Positions 29,160 to 40,700 of a stretch of DNA of 64,000 bases are shown in pieces; positions within the stretch are counted from its first letter, which is position 1; every line of letters starts with the position of its first letter. Source of the stretch: Candidatus Poribacteria bacterium. Lineage in GTDB: Bacteria > Poribacteria > WGA-4E > WGA-3G. The stretch is taken from contig OZ243938.1 in assembly GCA_965214095.1 (NCBI GenBank), forward strand, positions 3,424,001 to 3,488,000. The letters run 5' to 3'. Made by a program: the position numbers and the translations under genes. A model generated the notes under the pieces. It searched no databases. It had not been told where the DNA came from and saw nothing but the letters and a program-made list of their open reading frames with translations.

Positions 29160-31229
29160 ATGCAGGATACCCCTAAACACACCAACCGACTAATTCACGA
29201 AACAAGTCCTTACCTACTCCAACACGCGCACAATCCCGTTGACTGGTATCCGTGGGGTGAAGACGCATTGGAGCTTTCAAAACGCGAACAGAAACCGATT
29301 CTGTTGAGTATCGGTTATTCCGCATGCCACTGGTGTCACGTGATGGAACGCGAGTCCTTTGAAAACGAGGATATCGCTTCAATTATGAACGATCTGTTCG
29401 TGAACATTAAAGTAGACAGAGAGGAACGTCCCGATTTAGATGAGATATATATGAGTGCTGTCCAAGTTATGACACGTCACGGTGGATGGCCTATGACTGT
29501 GTTCCTAACACCAGACCTGAAACCGTTTTACGGTGGTACTTATTATCCACCTGAAGATAGATACGGTAGACCAGGATTTCCAAAAGTGATGCAAGCCGTA
29601 TCAGAAGCATTCAATGAAAAAAACGAGCAGGTATTGGAACAAGCAGATCAGATCACTACGCAGCTCAATCAGATGAGCAATCTTGTGGATCCTCATGAAC
29701 ATGAACTCACTGAAGAACTTATGGATAAAGCATTCCAACATTATCGTTCCACGTTTGATTCGCAATACGGTGGATTTGGGAATGCCCCCAAATTTCCACC
29801 CAGCATGGGACTCCCCTTTCTACTCCGTTACTGGCATCACAGTGGCAACGAATATGCATTAGAAATGGTTGAACTTACATTACAAAAGATGGCACGCGGT
29901 GGCTTGTATGACCAACTCGGAGGCGGTTTCCATCGATATTCTACGGATGAACGTTGGCTCGTGCCACATTTTGAAAAAATGCTATATGACAACGCGCAAC
30001 TTGTTGTCGCATATTTTGAAGCATACCAAGCTACACAAAATACTTTCTATCTTGATATTGCTACAGAGACATTAGACTATGTGCTACGTGAGATGTATGA
30101 CTCTGAAAATGGTGGGTTCTATTCTACACAAGACGCTGATAGTGAAGGTGTAGAAGGTAAATTCTTTGTTTGGGAACCTAACGATGTAGAAGATATTATC
30201 GGTGAAGAGAACGTTGAAATATTCTGTGAATATTACGACATCACACCCCAAGGTAATTTTGAAGGAGAGAACATCCTCCATGTTCAAACACCTATTGATA
30301 TCTTTGCACGAAAGATAGGAATGGATCTTGAACAACTTGAAGCACTCCTTGCAGATTGTAGACAGAAACTTTTTGATGAGAGAGAAAAACGCATCAAACC
30401 GGGATTGGATGACAAGATCCTGACCAGTTGGAACGGCATCATGATCCGTGGTATGGCGATGGGATATCAGTTGACAGGAAAACCAGAATACCTTACTGCA
30501 TGCGAAAAATCTGCTGAGTTTGTCCTAACAACACTTTCCCAAGAAAATGGACTCCTTTTACGCACATATCGTGCTGGCAAAAGTCACCTCAACGCATATC
30601 TTGAAGATTACTCTTATTTCATAGCAGGTTTGATCACTTTATACGAAGCAAGTTTTGAACCTAAGTGGTTGACTGAAGCGGAACGTCTTGCCAACATTAT
30701 GATTGACCAATTTGGTGATCCGTCAAATGAGGGATTCTTCTTCACAGGGAAATCGCACGAAACCCTCATCGTGCAATCAAAGTCTGCTTATGACGGTGCA
30801 ACACCTTCTGGCGCATCAATGGCTATCCATAGTCTATTGCGACTTGCCAAGCATTTGGACAAACCCGAATTTCATGACAAGGCTGTAGAGACGTTGAAAC
30901 TCTATTTTCATCAGATGGATGTGATGCCATCAGGTTCTGGACAGTTGTTGTGTGAGTTAGCGTTTTTATTGTCTACACCGAAAGAGATCGCTATAATTGG
31001 TGAAAAAGAGGGAACGCAAACCAAAGCGATGTTGGATGCATTACACAACATTTACCTTCCCAATAGAGTTATCGCATTGAGTGATTCTAAAGATGGTAAC
31101 ACCTTGCCGCTCCTCGTAAATAGGTCGCAGATAGATAACACTACCACTGCTTATGTGTGTGAAGATTATGTCTGCCAAACACCGACAACTGATGTTGACG
31201 TATTCTTGCAGTTGTTATCAGTAGAATAA
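29160..31229 (+). CDS. YyaL/SPATA20-like thioredoxin-domain plus alpha/alpha-barrel protein (DUF255)
   Basis: [61 protein letters not shown]...C. Confidence 0.92.
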   Translation: MQDTPKHTNRLIHETSPYLLQHAHNPVDWYPWGEDALELSKREQKPILLSIGYSACHWCHVMERESFENEDIASIMNDLFVNIKVDREERPDLDEIYMSAVQVMTRHGGWPMTVFLTPDLKPFYGGTYYPPEDRYGRPGFPKVMQAVSEAFNEKNEQVLEQADQITTQLNQMSNLVDPHEHELTEELMDKAFQHYRSTFDSQYGGFGNAPKFPPSMGLPFLLRYWHHSGNEYALEMVELTLQKMARGGLYDQLGGGFHRYSTDERWLVPHFEKMLYDNAQLVVAYFEAYQATQNTFYLDIATETLDYVLREMYDSENGGFYSTQDADSEGVEGKFFVWEPNDVEDIIGEENVEIFCEYYDITPQGNFEGENILHVQTPIDIFARKIGMDLEQLEALLADCRQKLFDEREKRIKPGLDDKILTSWNGIMIRGMAMGYQLTGKPEYLTACEKSAEFVLTTLSQENGLLLRTYRAGKSHLNAYLEDYSYFIAGLITLYEASFEPKWLTEAERLANIMIDQFGDPSNEGFFFTGKSHETLIVQSKSAYDGATPSGASMAIHSLLRLAKHLDKPEFHDKAVETLKLYFHQMDVMPSGSGQLLCELAFLLSTPKEIAIIGEKEGTQTKAMLDALHNIYLPNRVIALSDSKDGNTLPLLVNRSQIDNTTTAYVCEDYVCQTPTTDVDVFLQLLSVE

Positions 31230-31313
31230 GTGAATGTAAATACAACTATCGTCAAGAAAAGAAGATAATCTTATAAGATACATCTTGTTCGTAGGATATA
31301 GGGAGGAAAAGAA

Positions 31314-32579
31314 TTGAAGTATATTGCATGTTTCCACGTATTTCTCATACTCTTAGTTGGTTTTCTAATCGGATGCGGAGAAAGTGAAGAACGAGAACCG
31401 ATTATCCCAGTTGTGACGTTAGAATTCTTGGGTTACTCAGATACTGACAATGTCCAGTTCTCAATAACTGTGAAGCCGAATACTCTAGAGTTACCGGTAT
31501 TGGTTGTATTCACCTCAGAGGGAAAAGAACCTTTTCATGTATGGAATGTTCACAAAAGAGGTCCAATAACACAGATTTTTTCGGAGCGACTTGATACCTC
31601 TGTCACTTGGGAAGTTTCTATTGTTGCATATTCGGAGGAAATTACTAAGGAGTATCCTTTGGGACTTTCAGGCATCTCCGTAGAAGCTCTAAGCGAATAT
31701 GTGTTAGGTGAAGTTTCACGAGTTACAACAACTCCGTTAGAGATATCTGTTGAGAATGAGATTGTTATCCCAGAAGGTATGGTGTTGATTCCAGAAGGTG
31801 AATTTCGAATGGGTAGCGATGCAGTAGAAGCAGGAGATAATGAAAACCCGGTGCATACAGTCTATGTAGATGCCTTTTATATAGATATACACGAAGTGAC
31901 TGTAGGAGAGTATAGTAAGTTTGTCAGAGAAACAGACAACAATGCGTTACCGCCGGGATTGGATGAACGGTCTCCTACCAATGAACATCCCGTCATAGGT
32001 GTAAGTTGGCATGATGCGATGGCTTATGCGGCATGGGCAAATAAACGTTTGCCTACAGAAGCAGAATGGGAAAAAGCGGCGCGCGGTGGATTAAATGACA
32101 TAAAATATCCGTGGGGAAACACTGATCCAGATGGGACACAGTGTAATTATGCCGATAAGAATACTGTTGATTTAATATGGAGTTTTGACGGTGGAGAACA
32201 ACGAATTACTTGGGCAGACGAGGATGTTGATGATGGGTATAGATTCAACGCACCTGTCGGGAGTTTCCTACCTAACCCTTACGGTCTCTATGACATGTCA
32301 GGCAACGTGTGGGAATGGTGTCTTGATGAATATATAGAGGATTTCTATGCTAACTCTCCGAGTGAGAATCCGATTGCAGGCATGGATATAGTTGATATAA
32401 TAGATAAATCAACGTCAATTACTTCACCACGAGTAACTCGTGGCGGTTCGTATGCATCGGCTTCAACTGAAATGCGTTCTGCTCAACGAAATGGAACTTA
32501 CCCACGGAGAGAGTATAACAATGTCGGCTTCAGATGTGTAAAACCACTCAAAATAGAACTCAAGAAAGCAGGACAGTAA
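31314..32579 (+). CDS. Formylglycine-generating enzyme (SUMF1/FGE-sulfatase) domain lipoprotein
   Basis: Lipobox FLIGC; MVLIPEGEFRMGS, RLPTEAEWEKAARGG, NPYGLYDMSGNVWEWC, GFRC. Confidence 0.9.
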   Translation: MKYIACFHVFLILLVGFLIGCGESEEREPIIPVVTLEFLGYSDTDNVQFSITVKPNTLELPVLVVFTSEGKEPFHVWNVHKRGPITQIFSERLDTSVTWEVSIVAYSEEITKEYPLGLSGISVEALSEYVLGEVSRVTTTPLEISVENEIVIPEGMVLIPEGEFRMGSDAVEAGDNENPVHTVYVDAFYIDIHEVTVGEYSKFVRETDNNALPPGLDERSPTNEHPVIGVSWHDAMAYAAWANKRLPTEAEWEKAARGGLNDIKYPWGNTDPDGTQCNYADKNTVDLIWSFDGGEQRITWADEDVDDGYRFNAPVGSFLPNPYGLYDMSGNVWEWCLDEYIEDFYANSPSENPIAGMDIVDIIDKSTSITSPRVTRGGSYASASTEMRSAQRNGTYPRREYNNVGFRCVKPLKIELKKAGQ

Positions 32580-32602
32580 AGGGATGGTCGTAGGGTGGTG
32601 GT

Positions 32603-33144
32603 ATGAGTTTGACAGTAAAATTGAAAACATCGGTATTATAAAACAGGCAGAATTTTCACTGGGTCATTTGACAATCATCTGCGGTGAGAATAACACTGGT
32701 AAGACGTATATTTCATACACACTTTACGGTTTTTTACACTCGTGGAACAACTTTTTTCAATTTCCTATTAGTGATGACCAAGTCAATAGTTTGATAGCAA
32801 CAGGTTCCCTTGAGATTGAGACGCAACGAACAGCTGAACAGATACTAAAAGAAACATGTTCCAAATATTCTAAACATCTGAGTAATATTTTTGCTGCGAA
32901 TGAAGAATCATTTCTTAATAGTGAATTCCATCTCTTCTCAGACTATTTTGGTAGTCAATCCAGACTATCCGGATTTAGGAAAGGTTTTCAAGGACATTTC
33001 ATTTCTGCAAGTTTAAGACGGAAAGGAGATGGTAAACTCAGTTTTAATACCTATATAGATAAGAAACCAGGAAGACAGATTGATCAAAAGCTTGTAAGAG
33101 ACGCTATAAAGTTTCGTATCGCCGAGCGTCTTCTAACCAACTGA
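32603..33144 (+). pseudogene. N-terminal fragment of an ABC/AAA_15-21-type ATPase (early frameshift, 3' truncated)
   Basis: MSLTVK/IENIGIIKQAEFSLGHLTIICGENNTGKT (Walker A). One A is missing at 32617-32620 relative to an in-frame ATG at 32603. No Walker B half follows. Confidence 0.7.
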
Positions 33145-33815
33145 AAAATCGTTCTACTTTGAAACGACGCTTATATCGTCGTCCACGACGACCATCCTGC
33201 GTAGCCGGTTTCGGACGATTCTTTTCATGCGGCAATACCATTTCAGTACCGCGACACTTCAAAGCCACATCTAATGGATCAGAGTATATGCTTTGTCTCC
33301 TATCAACACCGCAAGGGATTCAGATATCCAATAAGCATCCAAAGCTGGTTCAACCAGACGCACTTCATGACAGGAAGCCCTTGTGATAAAAACACTCACG
33401 GGACTGCCGCGTTTTTCTATAATCACTACCAGTTCTGACCCTTTACCACACTTTGTCCTATCTACACAGATACCACTTTTCTTCGCTGGAATAAACTTCA
33501 CATCAATACAACACTCACTCATATTTATTTGTATTCGTTTTTCAAGCTTTTCTATGGGTGGCTAGTTGCACTTTTTCAAGTGATCCATCCATAGACCATT
33601 GCTTGAAACGCCGATGACACGTTTGATAGGGTGGATACTTTTCTGGTAAATCCCGCCAAAGTACTATTGTTCGCAACACCCAGAGTATTGCATCTAACAC
33701 TTCTCTATGACTACCCCAAGGTCTACCGGGTTGACCTGATGGAAGTTCAGGTAACAAAGGCATAATAACATTCCATTGTTTATCATTTAATTCTATTCAG
33801 ATCATCTCCTAACTC
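33122..33815 (-). mobile_element. Degenerate IS5-family transposase remnant
   Basis: ELNDKQW.VIMPLLP...GRP...VLDAILWVLRT...WRDLPEKYPPYQTCHRRF..W (DUF4096-type N-terminus), then CIDVKF, LIGDKAY and [14 protein letters not shown] across broken frames. Confidence 0.85.
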
Positions 33816-33827
33816 ATAGTAGAAATA

Positions 33828-33930
33828 TATAGTAGATTTTGAAATTACTTGAACACTCTGCATTGGCGAGGTTAGGAAACCTCGTCTACCGTGGGACGAA
33901 AGTGTCAACTTATATTCATAATTCACTATA
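33828..33930 (-). mobile_element. 103-bp TATAGT...ACTATA MITE with internal REP hairpin (copy 2)
   Basis: 99/103 identical to 16624-16726 in inverted orientation (counted by hand). Confidence 0.85.
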
Positions 33931-33994
33931 AATAGTTTAAAAGAAAAAACACACCAACCAATATTTATGAGATACGCTGTAGGTTTTGTGAATG

Positions 33995-34174
33995 TCCGAG
34001 GCGCAATGAATTGCACGACTACAAACGAGATATTTCTTCATAGTGAAATCAAAAAATATGTGCACATTCCCAGTAGATGCAGTTTCCTAACCCATCTATG
34101 TGACTGAACCAACACCGGTTCGGTTAGGAAACCGAACCTACCGTAGTGTGTAAATAATTATGGTTTTTACTATA
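33995..34174. repeat. Further REP hairpins and a CATAGTG...ACTATA-bounded element (34039-34174)
   Basis: GAGGCGCAATGAATTGCACGACTAC; GGTTCGGTTAGGAAACCGAACCTAC; element ends of the same type as the 103-bp MITE. Confidence 0.65.
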
Positions 34175-34392
34175 AGTGAAGTTTAGGTGGAATTAGGTTT
34201 ATTTTGTGGTGTTTTGCGTGTTTAAAACACAGATTATTGGGTTAAGTCTTCTGCAATCGGTTGAGAAACCCTCCTACAATGAAATTGGTGACAATTCATA
34301 GTCTATAGGTGGCAATTTTTGTTATATGTTAGACAAGAAATGATGAATATTGCCATAATTCTTACAAATTATGCATTTTCTTTCTAAAATAG

Positions 34393-34422
34393 TTGATTTA
34401 ACATACTAAAATGTGGTATAGT
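34393..34422 (+). promoter_or_regulatory. Putative promoter in the very AT-rich leader of the giant-protein locus
   Basis: TTGATT-18 bp-TATAGT with an extended -10 TG; the surrounding 34300-34620 region is strongly AT-rich. Confidence 0.4.
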
Positions 34423-34755
34423 AGTTATAAGTCAATTATAATATATTGTATTTTATTATATATGACTTTTTATTACTTTTTTTTGCTTAAAATAGTAAAG
34501 TGTATTACTATTGTGAATTTACAATTCACTTGAGTTTTGAATTCATGAAGTTGATTCAAAGAAAACATAAGAAAAAAGGATTTTAACAACAATAGATTTA
34601 AGAACTAATTTGACACTTTGAACAGACGAACTTCGGAGATCTCGCCTACCCAGCGAATGTCCGAGGCGCAATAAATTGCGACTACGAATACCTTAAACTC
34701 ACTACCAAAAATGCATATTAATGGAATAACTACGATTTAAGGGATATTTGAAATA

Positions 34756-37700
34756 TTGAATTCAAATAAAAAACATATCGCATCCATTTTCGTGACAATG
34801 TTAATAATTTTGGGAACAGTTCTTACAGGTTATGCAGACATTACCCCTGTGAGTGACCGCACACCGCAGATCCGTGATGCAATTGTGGCTGAGGTTCCGG
34901 GTGTGGATTCTGCTGACGATGTGACGGAAGCACACCTCGCTGGTATTGTTCGGTTGTCTATGTCTAGTGAGAATATCACAGCACTGAAAGAAGGCGACTT
35001 TGATGGACTGACTTCAATGACTTGGCTTGAGATGGGTAACAACCAGATTAGTAGTCTACCTGCGGACGTGTTCGCAGGTTTGACATCCCTCACACACTTG
35101 ATTATGCCAAGGAACCAGATTAGTAGTCTACCTGCAGGTATATTTTCAGATTTGACTTCGATTAATCTTATTATTTTACGGGATAATCAAGTGGCGACTC
35201 TTCCTGCAGGTCTATTTAAAGGTCTGTCTTCGCTGACAGAGATATACCTTAAATATAACCAGATTAGTAGTCTACCTACGGACGTATTCTCAGGTTTGTC
35301 TTCGTTGACAAAGTTAGACCTTTCTAGTAACGAGATTAGTAGTCTGCCTGCGGACGTATTCTCAGGCTTGTCCTCACTTACAACGATCGAACTTGAATGG
35401 AATCAACTGAATAATCTATCTGCAGGACTATTTGCAGGTTTGTCCTCACTTACAACGATTAAACTCGGTGGTAACCAACTGACTACTCTTCCTACAGGTC
35501 TATTCTCAGGTTTATCTTCGCTGGATTCGATTTCCCTTTATCGGAATCAATTGAGTAGTCTTCCGATGGGTATATTCTCAGGTTTGTCTTCACTCACTGA
35601 GTTGATCCTGTTCAATAACGCAGCTGAGTTATCTTTAATAATTGAACTGCAGCAGGTTGGCGTGAATCAGTTTAAGGCAGTTATGGCTACCGGTGCGCCA
35701 TTTACTATTGTGGTGCCGATCAATGTTACGAATGGGAGTATTATGGGTGGTGCAACGACTGCTACTATTCCCATCGGTAGTGTAGAAAGCACACCTTTCA
35801 CGGTGATCCCGACCCCTGGCACATCTGATGCTGTGTCCTTGCTATTAGGGACTTTACCGGATCTACCCTCAGATCATAGAGGTTATAGACTCGCGCCCTT
35901 TAATTTTCCCCCAGAATTCGTTGAGGGTCCGAGCACGATACGCACAGTCGCTGAGGATATACATACTGGTGGAGATGTCGGCACCACAGTCAGTGCTACT
36001 GATCCGTATAACGACCCATTGACCTACACACTGAGCGGGACAGATGCTAGTTCATTTACAATTGATGCTACGACTGGGCAGTTAAGAACCAGTATACGAC
36101 TTGACTACGAAACCCAATCCACCTACATGGTAACTGTTAATGTTACGGATGGCACTTTAAATGATTCAATAGCGGTAACTATCAATGTTACCAATGTAGA
36201 ACCGGAGGTTTTGAATGCTGGTGAACCGCGCACCGTGAGGCTTTTCTATTTCTTACCGAATGATCGTCCATATCGCCAAGAAGTTGTTGACGCGATGAAA
36301 ACTGGGATATTGGAGGTTCAGAGTTTCTATGCCGAGCAGATGGCGGCACATGGACACGGGAACACGACATTTAATATTGAAGCCGATGCACAAGGAGAAC
36401 CAATTGTTCATCGTATTAACGGAGACAACAGCGACAGCCGATACGCGAGTAGTGGGTATACTGACGGTGAAATCATCCGAGCATTTGATACTTCCACCAT
36501 GATTTCAGCCATCGTCATGGATGTTAGCCATCATAGTGTAAGAGGACGAGGTACGGGGAATAAAAGTAATGGATGGTTAATAATATATGAAGATTGGGAT
36601 TGGTTTACTGCAGCTCATGAACTGGCACACGCCTTCGGGTTGCATCACGATTATCGTGATAATTCGTATGTTTTGTCATACGGAACAACGGATCGTTCAA
36701 CTGCAACATTATCGGCTGCTGCCGCCGAGTTTTTATCGGTGCATCCTTACTTTAATACCAGTATCCCCCTTGAAATTGGAACAGGACCTACCGTAGAACT
36801 GGTGTCACCGACAACTTATCCTGCTGGATCAGAAAGCGTCAATATCCGAGTAAGGGTTCGCGACGATACTGGACTTCATCAGGCAATGCTTTTTGTTCGC
36901 CCCAACAATCCCTTTCGTGGTACCACTCCGGAACTCAAAATGTGGCAGAAGTTGGATGGTGAAACAGATACTACTGTTGTATTCAATTTCGACGGTAGAG
37001 TTCCATCCGATGGTGATGATCCAGATATGACACTCGCCAATACGGATCAATACGAAATCAGTGTGATGGCGGTGGATACGGAGGGAAACTGGTATAGATC
37101 TAATTTTATTACACTTGAGGCAGGGGAAGCTCAGGAGATTGTTCCGGTCAGCGACCGCACACCGCAGGTGCGCGATGCGATTGTGGCTATAGTACCAGGT
37201 GTCAATTTTGCCAGGGGTGTAACCGCAGCACATCTTGCTAATATAGTTTACTTAGATCTGCGTAATAAGAACATCAAGTCACTGAAACAAGGTGACTTTT
37301 CTGGCTTGTCAGCGTTAGATAATCTCGATTTGTCTAACAATAAGTTGTCATCTCTTCCTGCTGGGGTTTTTGATGGCTTGTCAGCACTAAAGATTTTGAA
37401 CCTGTATTACAATGAGTTGTCGTCCCTTCCTATTGGAGTTTTCCATGGCTTGTCAGCACTCACACGTCTTACGCTGTTTGTCAATGAGCTGACAACACTA
37501 CCTGCTGGGGTTTTTGATGGCTTGTCAGCACTAAGCCATTTGAATTTGTCTAACAATGAGTTGTCATCTCTTCCTGCAGGTATCTTTTCTGGGTTATCGT
37601 CGCTGACAACACTTAACTTGAAGGGTAACGCTGTCTACCCGATGCCCCTTACAGTGTCGCTGGTAAAAGTTGGAGCAGATCAGTTCAAGGTGGATGTGCC

Positions 37701-40700
37701 TACCGGTGCGCCATCTGACATGGACATACCACTTATTGTTGTGAATGGAACTATTAATGGCGGCGTAGAACGTGTCACGATCCCTACAGGCAGTGTGAGA
37801 AGCGATGTCCTTACCGTTACCCGTACGCCCGGTACAACAGCTGCAGTCATTGTAGACCTTGAGAGGACAGTGCCGAGTCCTACCGGGGCCGACTACGTTT
37901 TCTACAAATCATTCCCTCATTTGGAAATCTTCAGTCCTTTGGCAGGAGCACCCACCCCTGTGAGCGAACGCACACCGCAAGTGCTTGATGCTATCGTAGC
38001 TGCAGTACCAGAGATAGATCATATCCACCATGATAGAGACATACGCTACCTGATAGGTGGACAGTTTGTAGACAAGAAATATAACATGGGACACTATGTG
38101 TCTGAGGCATACCTCGCGGCAATTACGAATCTGGATGTGTTCGGTGTGTCTGGCGGTGCTGACTTAAGCCTCAGCGGTAATTGGTTTAGTCTGCATGGCA
38201 ACGCTACAGAACTGAAACTCGGTGATTTTGATGGCATGACGAATTTAGCAAAACTCCGCCTTGATGGCAACGAGTTGAGTTCATTGCCAGGGGATCTCTT
38301 TGACAATCTCACCAACCTGACTACGCTCAACCTTAGCAGCAACGAGTTGAGTTCATTGCCAGAGGATCTCTTTGACAATCTCACCAATCTGACTACGCTC
38401 AACCTAGACAGCAACGAGTTGAGTTCATTACCAGCGGGTCTCTTTGACAATCTCTCCAACCTGACATATCTCAATCTATTGGACAATCCGTTGGGTCCAC
38501 TGTCAGAAGGTTATTTTGACAACCTGACCAAACTAACAACGTTACACCTACCAGCCTCTGTCACGCCACCGACAACGCCGGAAGATAGCAAGGTTACCCC
38601 GGTCGCTGACCGGACACCACAGGTGCGCGACGCTATTGTAGCTGCAGCCGGTGTCAATTCTGCCGCCGATGTGACCGCAGCACATCTCGCTGCAATTACG
38701 GAATTGGATCTGCAGGAAGAGAATATTGCAGCACTAAAACAAGGAGATTTTGACAATCTTCACGGTTTGGATTTACTTGTACTAAACGGCACGTTCAGTT
38801 CATTGCCAAGTGGCATCTTTGACCAATTGGTCAACTTGAGAATACTCGGCATAGCAGGCAGCCAGTTGAATTCTTTGTCAAGCGACATCTTCGACAATCT
38901 TACCAATCTGAAATCACTCGGCATAGTCAACACCCAGTTGCGTTTATTACCTGATGGCATCTTTGACAATCTTACCAACGTGCCATTCATCACCCTAAGC
39001 AATAACCAGTTGAGTTCATTACCTGATGGCATCTTTGACAAAACTACAATGTCACTCGACTTAAGCAACAACCAGTTGAGTTCATTACCTGATGGCATCT
39101 TTGAGGGCATTTTTAGCGAACCACCCGATCTTACAGGGTTTGAGGTGCTTGGTGTTCCGCTGGGTCAAGTACTGGAGGAAACTCTTGCTGGCACAGACTA
39201 CACAACTGTTAACCTGACCGGTAACCTTGTCAACCCGATGCCCCTTACTGTATCATTGGAGAAGGTTGCGGATGGTCAGTTCAAGGCAGTGACACCCGCG
39301 GGAGCACCGTTTAAACTTGTGCTGCCTATCAGAGTTGTAAACGGCAGCATCAACGGGGGTGTAGAGAGTATCACGATCCCCGTAGGCAGCGTGGAAAGCG
39401 ATATCTTCACCGTGACCCGCACATCAGGGACAACCTATGCTACCACAGTAAATATCGGCACATTACCTCAACTACCCAAACAGCATAGTGGTTATACCCT
39501 TGTCAAATCCGATGCCCTTCCGCTGGTGTTCTCAGAACTGGGTGGAAGCATATTAACCCCGGTTAACCAACGATCACCACAGGTGCGCGATGCGATTGTG
39601 GCGGCAGTGCCGGGTGTGAATTCCGCTGACGACGTGACCGCAGCACATCTCGCCGCAATTACAAGCCTGTCTTTTGGACTTAGTAATCCTACGAAGGTAG
39701 GCGATTTTGATGGACTCACCGGTCTGACAAGAATTGGAATGGGTACAGATCTAACCTCCATTCCGGAAGGTTTTTTCAATGAATTCAGCAACTTAACGTT
39801 TTTGGATTGGGAAGATTTACAATTAAGTTCACTGCCAGCCGGAATATTTGACAATCTCACTAATCTTACAAGCATGAGTCTTGGTTTTGGGCAGTTGAGT
39901 TCTTTGCCCGATGGTATCTTTGACAATCTCACTAATCTTACAGCAATGAGTCTTGGTTTTGGGCAATTGAGTTCTTTGCCCGTTGGTATCTTTGACAATC
40001 TTACTAATCTTACAGCAATGAGTCTTGGTTTTGGGCAATTGAGTTCTTTCCCCGATGGTATATTTGACAATCTCACCAACCTGACAAGGCTCAGAATAAC
40101 CAACACACAAATGTTAGCATTGCCTGATGGACTGTTATCTGGGGTATCGTCATTAACAAGCCTCAGTTTTTTTAGTAATGCAGCTGACCCGATGCCTTTT
40201 ACCGTGTCATTAGAGAAGATTGGAGCGGGACAATTCAAGGCAGTGGCACCCACAGGCGCACCTTTTGATATTGTATTGCCTATTCGTCTCACAAATGGAC
40301 GTATTGATGGTGGGGCGAGCAGCATTACTATTCCCGCTGGCAGTGTGGAAAGCACCACTCTTACTGTGACACGCACCCCCGGTGCCACCTATGCTACCAC
40401 AATAAATATCGGTACATTACCAAGTCTACCCCAAAATCATACCGGCTATTCACTTGTTAAATCCGTTGGTCTTCCGCTCGCGTTCCCAGAACTGGGTGGA
40501 CAGGTATTCACCTCAGTCGGCAGTCGTACACCACAGGTAGCAGAGGCGATCCTCGGCGTTGTCCGTCTAAATGATCCGAACGTCTCCAGCTTCGCAGAGA
40601 TCACGAATAGTCACCTTACTGGAATTACTGCCTTATATTTGAACGGTAGAAATATCACATCTCTAAAGTCAGGTGATTTTGAGGGACTCAGCAGTTTGGA

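Noticed and set aside
28385-34755. tRNA-anchored integrative element or prophage
   Set aside because: No integrase, no phage genes, and no duplicated tRNA 3' end (att site) found in the window
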